NCBI GenBank assembly: GCA_963703895.1
Contig: CAVPFX010000003.1
Span: forward strand, 139,049-203,048
From: an uncultured Solirubrobacterales bacterium
Lineage (GTDB): Bacteria; Actinomycetota; Thermoleophilia; Solirubrobacterales; 70-9
Direction of reading: 5' to 3'
DNA length: 64,000 bases
Shown: positions 48,477 to 57,304 of the stretch, one piece after another
Layout: every line of letters starts with the position of its first letter
Position numbering within the stretch: the first letter of the stretch is position 1
Translations under genes and position numbers: made by a program
Notes under the pieces: model-generated
The model's database searches: none
What the model saw: only the letters and a program-made list of their open reading frames with translations
What the model was told of the DNA's origin: nothing

Positions 48477-49832
48477 TCAGGCTGCCTGCTCGCCACGGAT
48501 GGCAGCGACGGCGGCCTCGGCGCCGATGACCGGGGCTAGGACCATGTAGGAGAGCGTGGCGGAGATCTCGGGGTGGTGAACTATCCAGTCACGCAGTATG
48601 TGGTGGTGGAAAATGCTCCACACAGCACCCCCCGAAGCTTCCACGGTGAACTCCCCCACGCGATCCTCGGTCGGAGCGCTGTCGCGAATCTGATCGCTGA
48701 CCGCGGCGATAAGGCGCAATCTGGCGTTCGAACCCTTCGAGCCGATCGCAAAGTTGTTCTCGAAACAGACGCGTGCAAGCAGTGGGTCTCCGGCGATCTG
48801 AACGGCGTAGGCGTTGATTGCGCGGTGGATGCCACCCGCCCAGGTGGAACCCGCCATCTGCGCCTGGGCGGCTTGGACAACCGCCTCGGCAGCTCGCTCC
48901 TCCAAGGCGGCGAGGAAGCATTCTTCGGCGTCGTCGAAGAATGCATCGAAGGTCCTGCGGGAAACACCGGCACCAGCGCGAATACGCGGGACCGTCAAGT
49001 CGCCGTACTTGTAACCGTCGGCGGCAACGAGCTTCCCAACCGCTGCGAGAATCGTCGCCCTATCGCCACTGATGGCAGGAGTAGCGCCTGCAACTGCAAC
49101 TGCAACTGAAGGATTACCGAGCAACGTCCCAAGATCAAGCCCCGCCAAGTGATCGGAGGCCTCCGAGGGAAAGCACATCGCCCACTCCATCATCTCGGCC
49201 TCAATGCCGGGCAACTCACGCTGGCGCCCGATGAGCAGCCGGTTGCGAGCGACGCGGGTCACTCCCGCCATCATTCCCTCGATCACCATCGGCGGCACGA
49301 CAACTCCGTCGGGGGCACGAGCAAAGCTGGCGACGATCATCGCCGCAAAGGTTGCCTCGGCGCGCTGTGCCTGCTCGAGTGCCGCCGGGCCGCCCATATA
49401 TACATCGACCAAAGCCAACTTTGCGGACGCTGGATTGCCCTCGATCTCACGGGCGAAGGCGGCGTAGATCAAGCGCGGCCGCTCACGCCACTCTTGCTGA
49501 TCCGACTGGGCCGAGAGCAGCCCGGCGCGCGCGTGTCGGATGACAATCTCGTGTGCGCGAAGAAAGCAATCCTCTTTGCTCTCGAAGTGCCGATAGAAGG
49601 TCTTGGTGGAGACCCCCGCCAGCTTCACGACCTCCCTGACCTTTACCGCGTCGTAGCCCTGCTCGGCGACGATCTCGGTGATCGCCTGAAAGACCCGGGC
49701 CGATTGGTGCGCAGCGACATCATTGGGGTCCATGCCGGGACCCGGCCTCAACTGGCTGCGTTCGCCAGTCGTCACGACACCATCCGCTAAAGACAGGCTA
49801 CGCATCGCGGACACCGCTCCGCTCCGCTCCAA
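48477..49832 (-). CDS. tandem (duplicated) TetR-family transcriptional regulator; true start possibly ATG 49733 (MDPNDV)
   Basis: Two TetR HTH regions: AITEIVAEQGYDAVKVREVVKLAGVSTKTFYRHFESKEDC and AVGKLVAADGYKYGDLTVPRIRAGAGVSRRTFDAFFDDAEEC. Confidence 0.8.
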   Translation of the reverse strand: MERSGAVSAMRSLSLADGVVTTGERSQLRPGPGMDPNDVAAHQSARVFQAITEIVAEQGYDAVKVREVVKLAGVSTKTFYRHFESKEDCFLRAHEIVIRHARAGLLSAQSDQQEWRERPRLIYAAFAREIEGNPASAKLALVDVYMGGPAALEQAQRAEATFAAMIVASFARAPDGVVVPPMVIEGMMAGVTRVARNRLLIGRQRELPGIEAEMMEWAMCFPSEASDHLAGLDLGTLLGNPSVAVAVAGATPAISGDRATILAAVGKLVAADGYKYGDLTVPRIRAGAGVSRRTFDAFFDDAEECFLAALEERAAEAVVQAAQAQMAGSTWAGGIHRAINAYAVQIAGDPLLARVCFENNFAIGSKGSNARLRLIAAVSDQIRDSAPTEDRVGEFTVEASGGAVWSIFHHHILRDWIVHHPEISATLSYMVLAPVIGAEAAVAAIRGEQAA

Positions 49833-49863
49833 ACCGTAGCCCCAAGTTTTCCTCTCCTAAGAC

Positions 49864-49918
49864 TCCTAGCAGCGCTAGAAGCTACTCCTAGCGTACCTAG
49901 AAGCTACTTATGAGTAGC
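49864..49918 (-). promoter_or_regulatory. CTAG-rich operator-like repeat array upstream of the TetR-like gene
   Basis: CTAGAAGCTACT occurs at 49875-49886 and 49897-49908 (22-bp spacing). Palindrome GCTACT-TATG-AGTAGC at 49903-49918. Four CTAG in about 35 bp of an otherwise high-GC genome. Confidence 0.5.
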
Positions 49919-49976
49919 AAAAAGTCAGAGGACATACAACTTCGAAAAGCATTCGCCCCTGGCGTTTGACGCTCGC

Positions 49977-50537
49977 CTAGGCGCGGGAAACGTACTCGCC
50001 GCTGCGGGTGTCGACGCGGATCGTCTCGCCCTCCTCGATGAAGAGCGGGACGTGTACGACGACGCCGGACTCGAGGGTCGCCGGCTTGCTGCCACCGCCG
50101 GAGGCGGTGTCGCCCTTAACCCCGGGTTCGGTCTGCGTCACCTTCATGTCGATCGCGCTGGCGACCTGGACGTCGCTGGCTCGCTCGTCGACGAAGAGCA
50201 CGTCGACCTCGGCGTTGGGCAGCAGCCACTGCATCGCCTCGCCGACCAACTCGCTGGCGATCTCGATCTGCTCGTAGTCGCGCGTGTCCATGAAGACCGC
50301 CGCGTCGCCGGAGTCGTAGAGGTACTGCATCTTGCGCGACTCGGTGCGCACCGGCCGGAACTTCTCGCCGGCGCGGAAGGTCTTGTCCTGCACCGAGCCG
50401 TCTTCGATCCGGCGCAGCTTGGTGCGCACGAAGGCACCGCCCTTGCCGGGCTTGACGTGCTGGAACTCAATGATCCGAAAGATCTTCCCGTCGATCTCGA
50501 TATGAGAGCCATTGCGAAATTCGTTGGTGCTGATCAC
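49977..50537 (-). CDS. efp: elongation factor P
   Basis: MISTNEFRNGSHIEIDGKIFRIIEFQHVKPGKGGAFVRTKLR. Confidence 0.95.
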   Translation of the reverse strand: MISTNEFRNGSHIEIDGKIFRIIEFQHVKPGKGGAFVRTKLRRIEDGSVQDKTFRAGEKFRPVRTESRKMQYLYDSGDAAVFMDTRDYEQIEIASELVGEAMQWLLPNAEVDVLFVDERASDVQVASAIDMKVTQTEPGVKGDTASGGGSKPATLESGVVVHVPLFIEEGETIRVDTRSGEYVSRA

Positions 50538-50629
50538 GGCGGCGAATCCTAGAGAAGCGCGCGCCTCGCGACTTCTCCGCAGCTCAACACAGGGCCAGGG
50601 GGTCGATCGTCTAACGTGGCGGACAGGGT

Positions 50630-51124
50630 ATGAAGGGGGTCCTCACAGCCGCAATATCGGTCGCCTTGATGGCGCTGCTGCCTGCCGCAGCCGCCTCGGC
50701 GGAAGAAGGCCCGACGCGGGCTCAGTACGTCGAACAGGTCGAGCCGATCTGCCAGGCGAACACCGAAGCCAACAAGCGCATCCTCAAGAACGTCAAAACG
50801 AAGGCGAAGAGTCGGGTGCCGGCAAAGCTGAAGGAGGCGGGCGGCCAGTTCATTCATGCCTCGGTCGTCTTCGGCAAGACCGTGGAAAAGCTCAGCGCGG
50901 TGCCGCGCCCCTCGGCCGATGACGCGCGGCTACTCAAGTGGTTCACCCAGATGGGGGTCGTGCAGGCGAAGCTACGGGCACTCGGAACCGCCCTGAAGGC
51001 GAACGAAGAAATCAAGGCAGCGCATGAACAGATCCGGGTCGAACGGGCCGCCAACGCGGCAAACAACTACAGCTTCGTCTTCGGCTTCCACTACTGCCAC
51101 CTGACCCCCTCGCGATTCACCTGA
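50630..51124 (+). CDS. hypothetical exported protein
   Basis: Signal peptide AISVALMALLPAAAASA. Helical, Lys/Ala-rich. No motif recognised. Confidence 0.55.
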   Translation: MKGVLTAAISVALMALLPAAAASAEEGPTRAQYVEQVEPICQANTEANKRILKNVKTKAKSRVPAKLKEAGGQFIHASVVFGKTVEKLSAVPRPSADDARLLKWFTQMGVVQAKLRALGTALKANEEIKAAHEQIRVERAANAANNYSFVFGFHYCHLTPSRFT

Positions 51125-51180
51125 GTCGGCCGGCACAGCGCCGTCCGCGCGATCCTGAAGCCGCGGTTACTGCCCCGTCG

Positions 51181-51990
51181 CTACTCGGCGTCGGCGCTTG
51201 TGCTCGTCGTCAGCGCCCCGGCCGCCCCGCCGGAGAGAACGCGGCGGACCAGGCCAGGCATCAGGATCCTCGCCACGGCGGCAAGCGCGTAGGGGCGTGG
51301 CACGTAGCGCTCGGCCTTGCCCCCCGGCCCGGCCTCGAAGATCGCCTCGGCGACCTTCTCCGGCTTCGAGACGACCCAGCGAGTCAGCGCCCTCTCGCGC
51401 AGCTCGGTGGCCGGGAAGCCCTCGGTGACGATGAAGCCCGGCAGGACCATGCCGACGTGGACGCCGTGGGCGCGCTCCTCCGCGTAGAGCGAGTCGGTCC
51501 AGCCAATCAAGGCGAACTTGCTGGCCGAGTAGGAACCGGTCCGGGCTCGGGCAACGCGTCCGGCGGTGCTGGCGACGTTGACGATCGCACTCGGCGCCGA
51601 AGCCCGCAAGATCGGCAGCAGCGCCTCGGTGAGGCGGACGACGGCATCGAAGTTGAGCTGCATGTGGCGCTGGACGTTGGCGTAGCCGCTCTCGGCGAAA
51701 CTGCCGCGCCAGGCTCCGCCGGCGTTGTTGACGAGCAGCGTGAGGCGGTCGCCACGCTCGCCGACATGGGTGCGGATCCGATCGGGGGCGTCGTCCTTGG
51801 TCAGGTCGACGGCGACGTAGCTGACGGCGCAAGGCAGCTCCGCAGCGAGCGCCCGCAGACGATCCTCGCGGCGCGCAACCAGGATCAGCTCGGCGCCGGG
51901 CTCGCGGGCAAGCCGGCGGGCGGTTGCCTCGCCGATACCGCTCGAAGCTCCCGTGATCAGTGCCCTGATTGGCCTGGAACTCACGCTCAC
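51181..51990 (-). CDS. short-chain dehydrogenase/reductase (SDR)
   Basis: ALITGASSGIGEATARRLA and YSASKFAL. GTG start at 51990 (or 51984). The long Arg-rich upstream extension is rejected. Confidence 0.8.
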   Translation of the reverse strand: MSVSSRPIRALITGASSGIGEATARRLAREPGAELILVARREDRLRALAAELPCAVSYVAVDLTKDDAPDRIRTHVGERGDRLTLLVNNAGGAWRGSFAESGYANVQRHMQLNFDAVVRLTEALLPILRASAPSAIVNVASTAGRVARARTGSYSASKFALIGWTDSLYAEERAHGVHVGMVLPGFIVTEGFPATELRERALTRWVVSKPEKVAEAIFEAGPGGKAERYVPRPYALAAVARILMPGLVRRVLSGGAAGALTTSTSADAE

Positions 51991-52025
51991 AACGCTATTC
52001 GGTTTGGCGGAATGCGGACGCCCGT

Positions 52026-53102
52026 ATGAATCGACATACTGCCGCTCCTGTGACGAGCAAAACCCCCGGACTACTCGACAAGCTCCTCCGTGCTCCGGGC
52101 CCCTCCGGCTACGAGGCGCAGGCGGCGGCGGTCTGGCGCGAAGCGGCGTCCTTCGCCTCGCTCTCCGCCGACGGGATCGGTTCGTCTGTCGCCCGCATCG
52201 GCGATGCCGCGCCACTGCTCTCCGTCGTCGGGCACATCGATGAGATCGGCCTGGTGATCCGCCACATCGACGAGAAGGGCTTCCTCTGGTTCGCCCCGAT
52301 CGGGGGCTGGGATCCGCAGATCCTCGTCGGACAGCGCGTCGAGGTACAGGGCCCCAAGGGACCGGTGCTCGGGGTCGTCGGGCGCAAGCCACTGCATTTG
52401 CTCGACGCCGATCAGCGCAAGAAGGTTGTTGAAATGAAGTCGCTCCACATCGACATCGGCGCCGCCGACGGCGACGCGGCCGCGGAGCTGGTCCGGGTCG
52501 GCGACCCCGTCGTCGTCGCCAGCGAGCCCCTGGGACTGGTCGGCGATCGCATGGTCTCGCGCTCGATGGACAACCGCCTCGGGGCCTACGTCGCGCTCGA
52601 GGCGCTGCGGCGTTGCCACGAGAAGGGTGCGCTCAAATCGAGCTTCGCCGCGATCGCCGCGGTGCAGGAGGAGATCGGCCTCTTCGGTGCCCGCACCTCG
52701 GCCTTTGCGGTCGAGCCAGACCTGACGATCGTCGTCGACGTCACCCACGCCACCGACGCACCCGGTATCGACGAGAAGGAGCTCGGCAGCCACGCACTCG
52801 GCTCCGGCCCGGTGATCTACCGCGGCGCCACCCTCTCCCCCAAGGTATTCGAGCTGCTGGTCGAGACCGCCGAGGAGGCGGGAATCGAGCACACCGTCGG
52901 CGCCACCGGCAACTCGACCAGCACCGACGCGGACGGGGTCCAGTTCGCCCGCTCGGGAATCCCCACCGGCCTCGTCTCGATCCCCCTGCGCTACATGCAT
53001 TCGCCGGTAGAGATGGTCGACCTCGCCGACGTCGAGGCAACCGTCGCCCTGATCGCGGCCTTCGCCGAGCGGCTCGACGGCGACGTCGACCTCAGCCGTT
53101 AA
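52026..53102 (+). CDS. M42-family aminopeptidase (FrvX/CelM-like)
   Basis: LLDKLLRAPGPSGYE, VVGHIDEIGLVI, SRSMDNRLG, VQEEIGLFGA. Start ATG 52026. Confidence 0.8.
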   Translation: MNRHTAAPVTSKTPGLLDKLLRAPGPSGYEAQAAAVWREAASFASLSADGIGSSVARIGDAAPLLSVVGHIDEIGLVIRHIDEKGFLWFAPIGGWDPQILVGQRVEVQGPKGPVLGVVGRKPLHLLDADQRKKVVEMKSLHIDIGAADGDAAAELVRVGDPVVVASEPLGLVGDRMVSRSMDNRLGAYVALEALRRCHEKGALKSSFAAIAAVQEEIGLFGARTSAFAVEPDLTIVVDVTHATDAPGIDEKELGSHALGSGPVIYRGATLSPKVFELLVETAEEAGIEHTVGATGNSTSTDADGVQFARSGIPTGLVSIPLRYMHSPVEMVDLADVEATVALIAAFAERLDGDVDLSR

Positions 53103-53110
53103 CCGAGGCC

Positions 53111-54145
53111 TCAGTTAGCGACGAATACCGCGTCGCGCCCGTTTGCCTTCGCCGAGTAAAGCGCGGCATCGGCACGGGCGACGAGGTCATCGGTGTTGAC
53201 GGTGTCGGGCTTGGTCACGGCGGCGCCGATGCTGATCGTCACTCCCACCCCGACCGGTCGGCGCTTGCGCACCGCCTGGCGCAGGCGCTCGGCGATCGCG
53301 ACCGCGTCGGTCTCGCTCGCTCCGGGCAGGACGACGAGGATCTCCTCGCCGCCGATCCGGTAGATCGAGTCGCCGGCGCGCAGCACCGAGCGCATCGTGT
53401 AGGCAACGTCCTGCAGGACGGCGTCGCCGGCAGCGTGGCCGAGCCGGTCGTTGACCCGCTTGAAGTGATCGAGGTCGCAGAGCAGCAGGGCGTGGGACTG
53501 GCCACCTTTCTCGCCGTCGCAGGGGGCACCGTCGAGCTCGGCCAGGCGCTGCTCGAGTGCGTTGCGGTTGAAGAGGCCGGTCAGCGGGTCGAGCGTCGAG
53601 CGTCGCCGGTGGGCGCGGTCGGACTCGACCAGGGCACCGGAGAGGATCACGGTACTGAGGACCAGGGCGACGGTGGCGACCAAGGCTTGGCTGTGCGCGG
53701 AGGCGCTGGCTGGGTCGACCGCGACCGTGCTGACCAGGAAGACGGTGACGAGGTAGACGGTGCCGACGACCATTCCCCAGGGATCGAAGCGAGCCCCCAG
53801 GGTGACGGCCGGGAGCGCGAACCACATAAGCACCGGGCTGGTCGGCCCGCCGCTGGCGATCACGGCGCCGGCAAGCAGCAACGGCAGCGCACCCCAGGCG
53901 CCCGCGACCCACAGCCACGGTCGCGGGCTGCTCTGCATGAAGCGGTCGGCGACCGCGAAGCCGGCGAAGCCCATAGCCAACGGGGCCAGCCAGAGCCAGC
54001 CGACCTCGGGGCCGGCCGAGGCAAGCGCCAAGGCGAGGATCGCGAAGCAGGCGGCGCGGTAGCGGCGCACGCGCTGCTCCATGTCGAGCAAGCGCTCGCG
54101 GCGGGCGTCCTTGCGGGCGGCCGCCAGCGACTCTGGCCTGGGCAT
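53111..54145 (-). CDS. membrane-anchored diguanylate cyclase (GGDEF domain)
   Basis: Five or six TM segments, then DPLTGLFNR...LLLCDLDHFKRVND..GH.AGD...RIGGEEILVVL. Confidence 0.85.
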   Translation of the reverse strand: MPRPESLAAARKDARRERLLDMEQRVRRYRAACFAILALALASAGPEVGWLWLAPLAMGFAGFAVADRFMQSSPRPWLWVAGAWGALPLLLAGAVIASGGPTSPVLMWFALPAVTLGARFDPWGMVVGTVYLVTVFLVSTVAVDPASASAHSQALVATVALVLSTVILSGALVESDRAHRRRSTLDPLTGLFNRNALEQRLAELDGAPCDGEKGGQSHALLLCDLDHFKRVNDRLGHAAGDAVLQDVAYTMRSVLRAGDSIYRIGGEEILVVLPGASETDAVAIAERLRQAVRKRRPVGVGVTISIGAAVTKPDTVNTDDLVARADAALYSAKANGRDAVFVAN

Positions 54146-54218
54146 CGCGATCGCGTTCACCCCCCGCTGATCGGCGGCAGAGGGGGACGCAATGAGCGTT
54201 GCAGGAGACCTACCGGGC

Positions 54219-55277
54219 TTAGTCCGCGAGTTGCATCTGCTTGGGCAGGCCGCTGAGATTGCGGTAGCCCTCGGCGGTGACGACGACCAGATCCTCGATC
54301 CGCACGCCCAGTTCGCCGGGCAGGTAGATCCCCGGCTCAATCGTCACCACTTCGCCCGCCGCGAGCACGTCCTCCGAGCGCTGCGAGACGCGCGGCTCCT
54401 CGTGCACCTCGAGGCCAACGCCGTGACCCAGCCCGTGGCCAAAGCGCTCACCGTGCCCGGCGGCCGCGATCAGCTCGCGGGCGACGCCGTCGACGTCCTC
54501 GGCCTTGACCCCGGCCTTGACCGCGCCGAGCGCCGCTTCCTGCGCCTCGCGCACGATCTCGTAGACGGCGCGGGCGGGCTCGCCTGGCTCCCCGGTGGCG
54601 AAGGTGCGGGTGCCGTCCGAGCAGTAGCCGTCCAGCTTCGCGCCCATGTCGAAGACGACCAGCTCGCCGCGACCGATCTCGCGCTCGCCCGGCTCGGCGT
54701 GCGGCAGAGCACCGTTGGGGCCAGCGGCAACGATGGTCGGAAACGAGGGCTCGGCCCCCTGCTCGCGCATCCGCGCCTCAGCGGCGCGGGCGACGTCGAG
54801 CTCAGTACGTCCGGCCAAGCCGCGCTCCAGCGACCAGCGCCAGATCTCATCCGCGAGCTCGGCGGCGGCTGCAATCGCCGCCAGCTCGTCCTCATCCTTG
54901 ACCCGCCGCAGCTTCTCGACCGTCCCCGCGGCGCCCTCCAGCGAGACCCCGTCGGCGAGTTTCTCTTCCAAGCGCTTCAGCGTGCGGACCGCCATCTGGT
55001 GGTCTTCGAAGCCCACCTTGCCACTGAGGCAGTCGGCGATCCCGCCCAGCCAGTCGTCGGTCACGGTGACCACGTCCCAGCCCTCGACCTCGGCCTCGGC
55101 GCGCTCGGTGTAGCGGAAGTCGGTGAGGAAGACGCGCCGCTCAGCAGCGCAGACGCAGGCGCCGTTGGTGCCGCCGAAGCCGGTCAGGTAGCCGACGTTG
55201 GTCAGATCGGTGACGAGGAGGCAATCGAGCTGGCGCTCGGCCACGAGCGCCGCGAGCCGATCCGCGCGAGCCTGCAT
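54219..55277 (-). CDS. pepQ: Xaa-Pro aminopeptidase/dipeptidase (M24B)
   Basis: VVFDMGAKLDGYCSD, HGLGHGVGLEVHEEP and EPGIY motifs. Start ATG 55277 shares one base with the aroQ stop. Confidence 0.85.
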   Translation of the reverse strand: MQARADRLAALVAERQLDCLLVTDLTNVGYLTGFGGTNGACVCAAERRVFLTDFRYTERAEAEVEGWDVVTVTDDWLGGIADCLSGKVGFEDHQMAVRTLKRLEEKLADGVSLEGAAGTVEKLRRVKDEDELAAIAAAAELADEIWRWSLERGLAGRTELDVARAAEARMREQGAEPSFPTIVAAGPNGALPHAEPGEREIGRGELVVFDMGAKLDGYCSDGTRTFATGEPGEPARAVYEIVREAQEAALGAVKAGVKAEDVDGVARELIAAAGHGERFGHGLGHGVGLEVHEEPRVSQRSEDVLAAGEVVTIEPGIYLPGELGVRIEDLVVVTAEGYRNLSGLPKQMQLAD

Positions 55278-55729
55278 CAGCCGACGCCCAGCTCGCGAGC
55301 GAGCAACTCCAGCGCGTCGCGGTAGCCGTCGGGGCCCTTGCCGGAGATCTTGGCCAGGACGAGGCCGTCGAAGACCGAGACCCGGCGCCACTCGTCGCGG
55401 GCCTCGACGTCGGAGAGGTGCACCTCGACCGAGGGCAGCTGGGCGACGTCGAGCGCGTCGGCGATCGCGCGGCTGTAGTGGGACCAGGCGCCGGCATTCA
55501 CCAGGGACGAGTCAGCCAACTCGGGCAGCCGATGAAGGTACTCGACGAACTCACCCTCGGAGTTGGTTTGGAAGAAGATCGTCTCCAACCCCAGCTCGCG
55601 CGCCCAGTTCTCGACCTTGGTCTCGAGCTCGCGCAGCGAGAGACCGCCGTAGACCTCGGGGTCGCGGCGATCGAGGATGTCGAAGTTGACGCCGTGCAGG
55701 ACGGCGACGCGGTTGTGGGCAGTGCTCAT
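55277..55729 (-). CDS. aroQ: type II 3-dehydroquinate dehydratase
   Basis: VAVLHGVNFDILDRRDPEVYG ... FFQTNSEGEFVEYLH ... NAGAWSHYS. Confidence 0.9.
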   Translation of the reverse strand: MSTAHNRVAVLHGVNFDILDRRDPEVYGGLSLRELETKVENWARELGLETIFFQTNSEGEFVEYLHRLPELADSSLVNAGAWSHYSRAIADALDVAQLPSVEVHLSDVEARDEWRRVSVFDGLVLAKISGKGPDGYRDALELLARELGVG

Positions 55730-57255
55730 CGGTACAGCTCCTCCACGGCTGCGCGGACCTTAGCCGCATCGAGCAGCTGTCCCGGGCGCGGCTCACCTGC
55801 CTGGGAAAGCAGGACGAAGCCGACGCCCTCGGCGGTGCGCTTCTTGTCGCGCTGCAGTGCGGCGAGCGTCCGCTCCAGGTCGACCGCCCGGTCGAGGCCA
55901 GTCGGAAGCCCGTGCCGCGCGAGGATCGCCTCGACCTCGTCGCGCAGCCGCGGCGCCTCGGAGAGTCGCAGGGCCGCCAGCAGGCCGAGCCCGACCGCCT
56001 CGCCGTGGCGATAGCGCTCGTAGCCGCTCGCCGCCTCGATCGCGTGGCCCACGGTGTGGCCAAGGTTGAGCACGGCCCGCAGGCCGGCGTCGCGCTCGTC
56101 GGCAGCGACGACCTCGCACTTGTAGCGGGCACAGGCGAAGACAAGCCCGGAGAGCCCCTCGGGGTCAAGCTCCTCGACCGCGCGCGCCCGCTCCCAGAGC
56201 TCACCCCCGGCCAGAAGACCGGTCTTGAGCAGCTCGACGAAGCCCGCGGCCAGCTCCTCGCGGGGCAGGCTGACGAGGGTCGCCGTGTCGGCAAGCACAG
56301 CGGCCGGTAGGTGGTAAGCGCCGGCGTAGTTCTTGCCCTCGGGCAGGTCGACCCCGGTCTTGCCGCCGTAGGCGGAGTCGACCTGGGCAACCAGGGTGGT
56401 TGGCACCTGCACGACGGGTACGCCGCGCTGGTAGAGGTGCGCACAGAAGCCGGCCAGGTCGCCGACGACCCCGCCGCCGAGCGCCACCACGTGGTCCTCG
56501 CGACTCATCCCGGCGCGGGCGAGCTCCCGCAGCACCCGCTCGGCCTCGGCCATCGTCTTGGCCGTCTCGCCCGGCTGCACCTCGACCCGACCGGCGAGCG
56601 GCCCGAGCCGGTCGGCGTAGAGCGGCCCGACGGCAGCATCGGTGATGCAAAAGCGCTCCCCAGCCAAGGGCCATGGCCCGCCGCCCAACAGACCCGGTCC
56701 GACGAAGACCGGATACTCGCCGGAGGCGCTGCTCGCCCAAAGCATCTTTGTTCCCGGCGGCAAGTCCGTCAACGCCAGCAGTGAAGGCATCGCCCGGCCG
56801 ACGAGACCGCGATCGCTCGGCGGCAGGATCGCGTCGGCGAGCGACTCGTAGTGGGGCTGTCGCTCCGCCAGCAATCGCTCGACGTCCTCGGCATTGGTGG
56901 CGAGTGGCCGGTCGCTGCGGGCGATGCGGCGCCAGGCCTCGCGCGCGTCGACCTGGAGCCAGACGACGATGTGGCGGTCAAGCGCCTCGCGCACTCGTTC
57001 CGAGAGGACGCTGCCACCGCCGAGCGCGATCACACCGCCATCGGCCTGCTCCAGCAGCTCGCCGACGACGTCGGCCTCGCGGGCGCGAAAAGCATCCTCG
57101 CCGTCCTCCTCGAAGGCCTGCCGGATCGGCTTGCCGAACGCCTCTTCCATCAGCGCGTCGATCTCGGTAACCGGCAAGCCGGCGTCGCGAGCCGCCACCA
57201 GGGCCGTCGACTTCCCAGCCCCCATGAAGCCGATGAAGACGAGCGCCGGCTTCAT
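55726..57255 (-). CDS. aroKB: bifunctional shikimate kinase / 3-dehydroquinate synthase (AroK-AroB fusion)
   Basis: N-terminal FIGFMGAGKST (AroK P-loop), followed by GGGVVGDLAGF, PTTLVAQVDSAYGGKTGV and LNLGHTVGHAIE (AroB). Confidence 0.85.
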   Translation of the reverse strand: MKPALVFIGFMGAGKSTALVAARDAGLPVTEIDALMEEAFGKPIRQAFEEDGEDAFRAREADVVGELLEQADGGVIALGGGSVLSERVREALDRHIVVWLQVDAREAWRRIARSDRPLATNAEDVERLLAERQPHYESLADAILPPSDRGLVGRAMPSLLALTDLPPGTKMLWASSASGEYPVFVGPGLLGGGPWPLAGERFCITDAAVGPLYADRLGPLAGRVEVQPGETAKTMAEAERVLRELARAGMSREDHVVALGGGVVGDLAGFCAHLYQRGVPVVQVPTTLVAQVDSAYGGKTGVDLPEGKNYAGAYHLPAAVLADTATLVSLPREELAAGFVELLKTGLLAGGELWERARAVEELDPEGLSGLVFACARYKCEVVAADERDAGLRAVLNLGHTVGHAIEAASGYERYRHGEAVGLGLLAALRLSEAPRLRDEVEAILARHGLPTGLDRAVDLERTLAALQRDKKRTAEGVGFVLLSQAGEPRPGQLLDAAKVRAAVEELYR

Positions 57256-57304
57256 CGGCGGACGAAACGTCTTTTTTCCACGTATGACGTGGAAAATGGC
57301 GACC

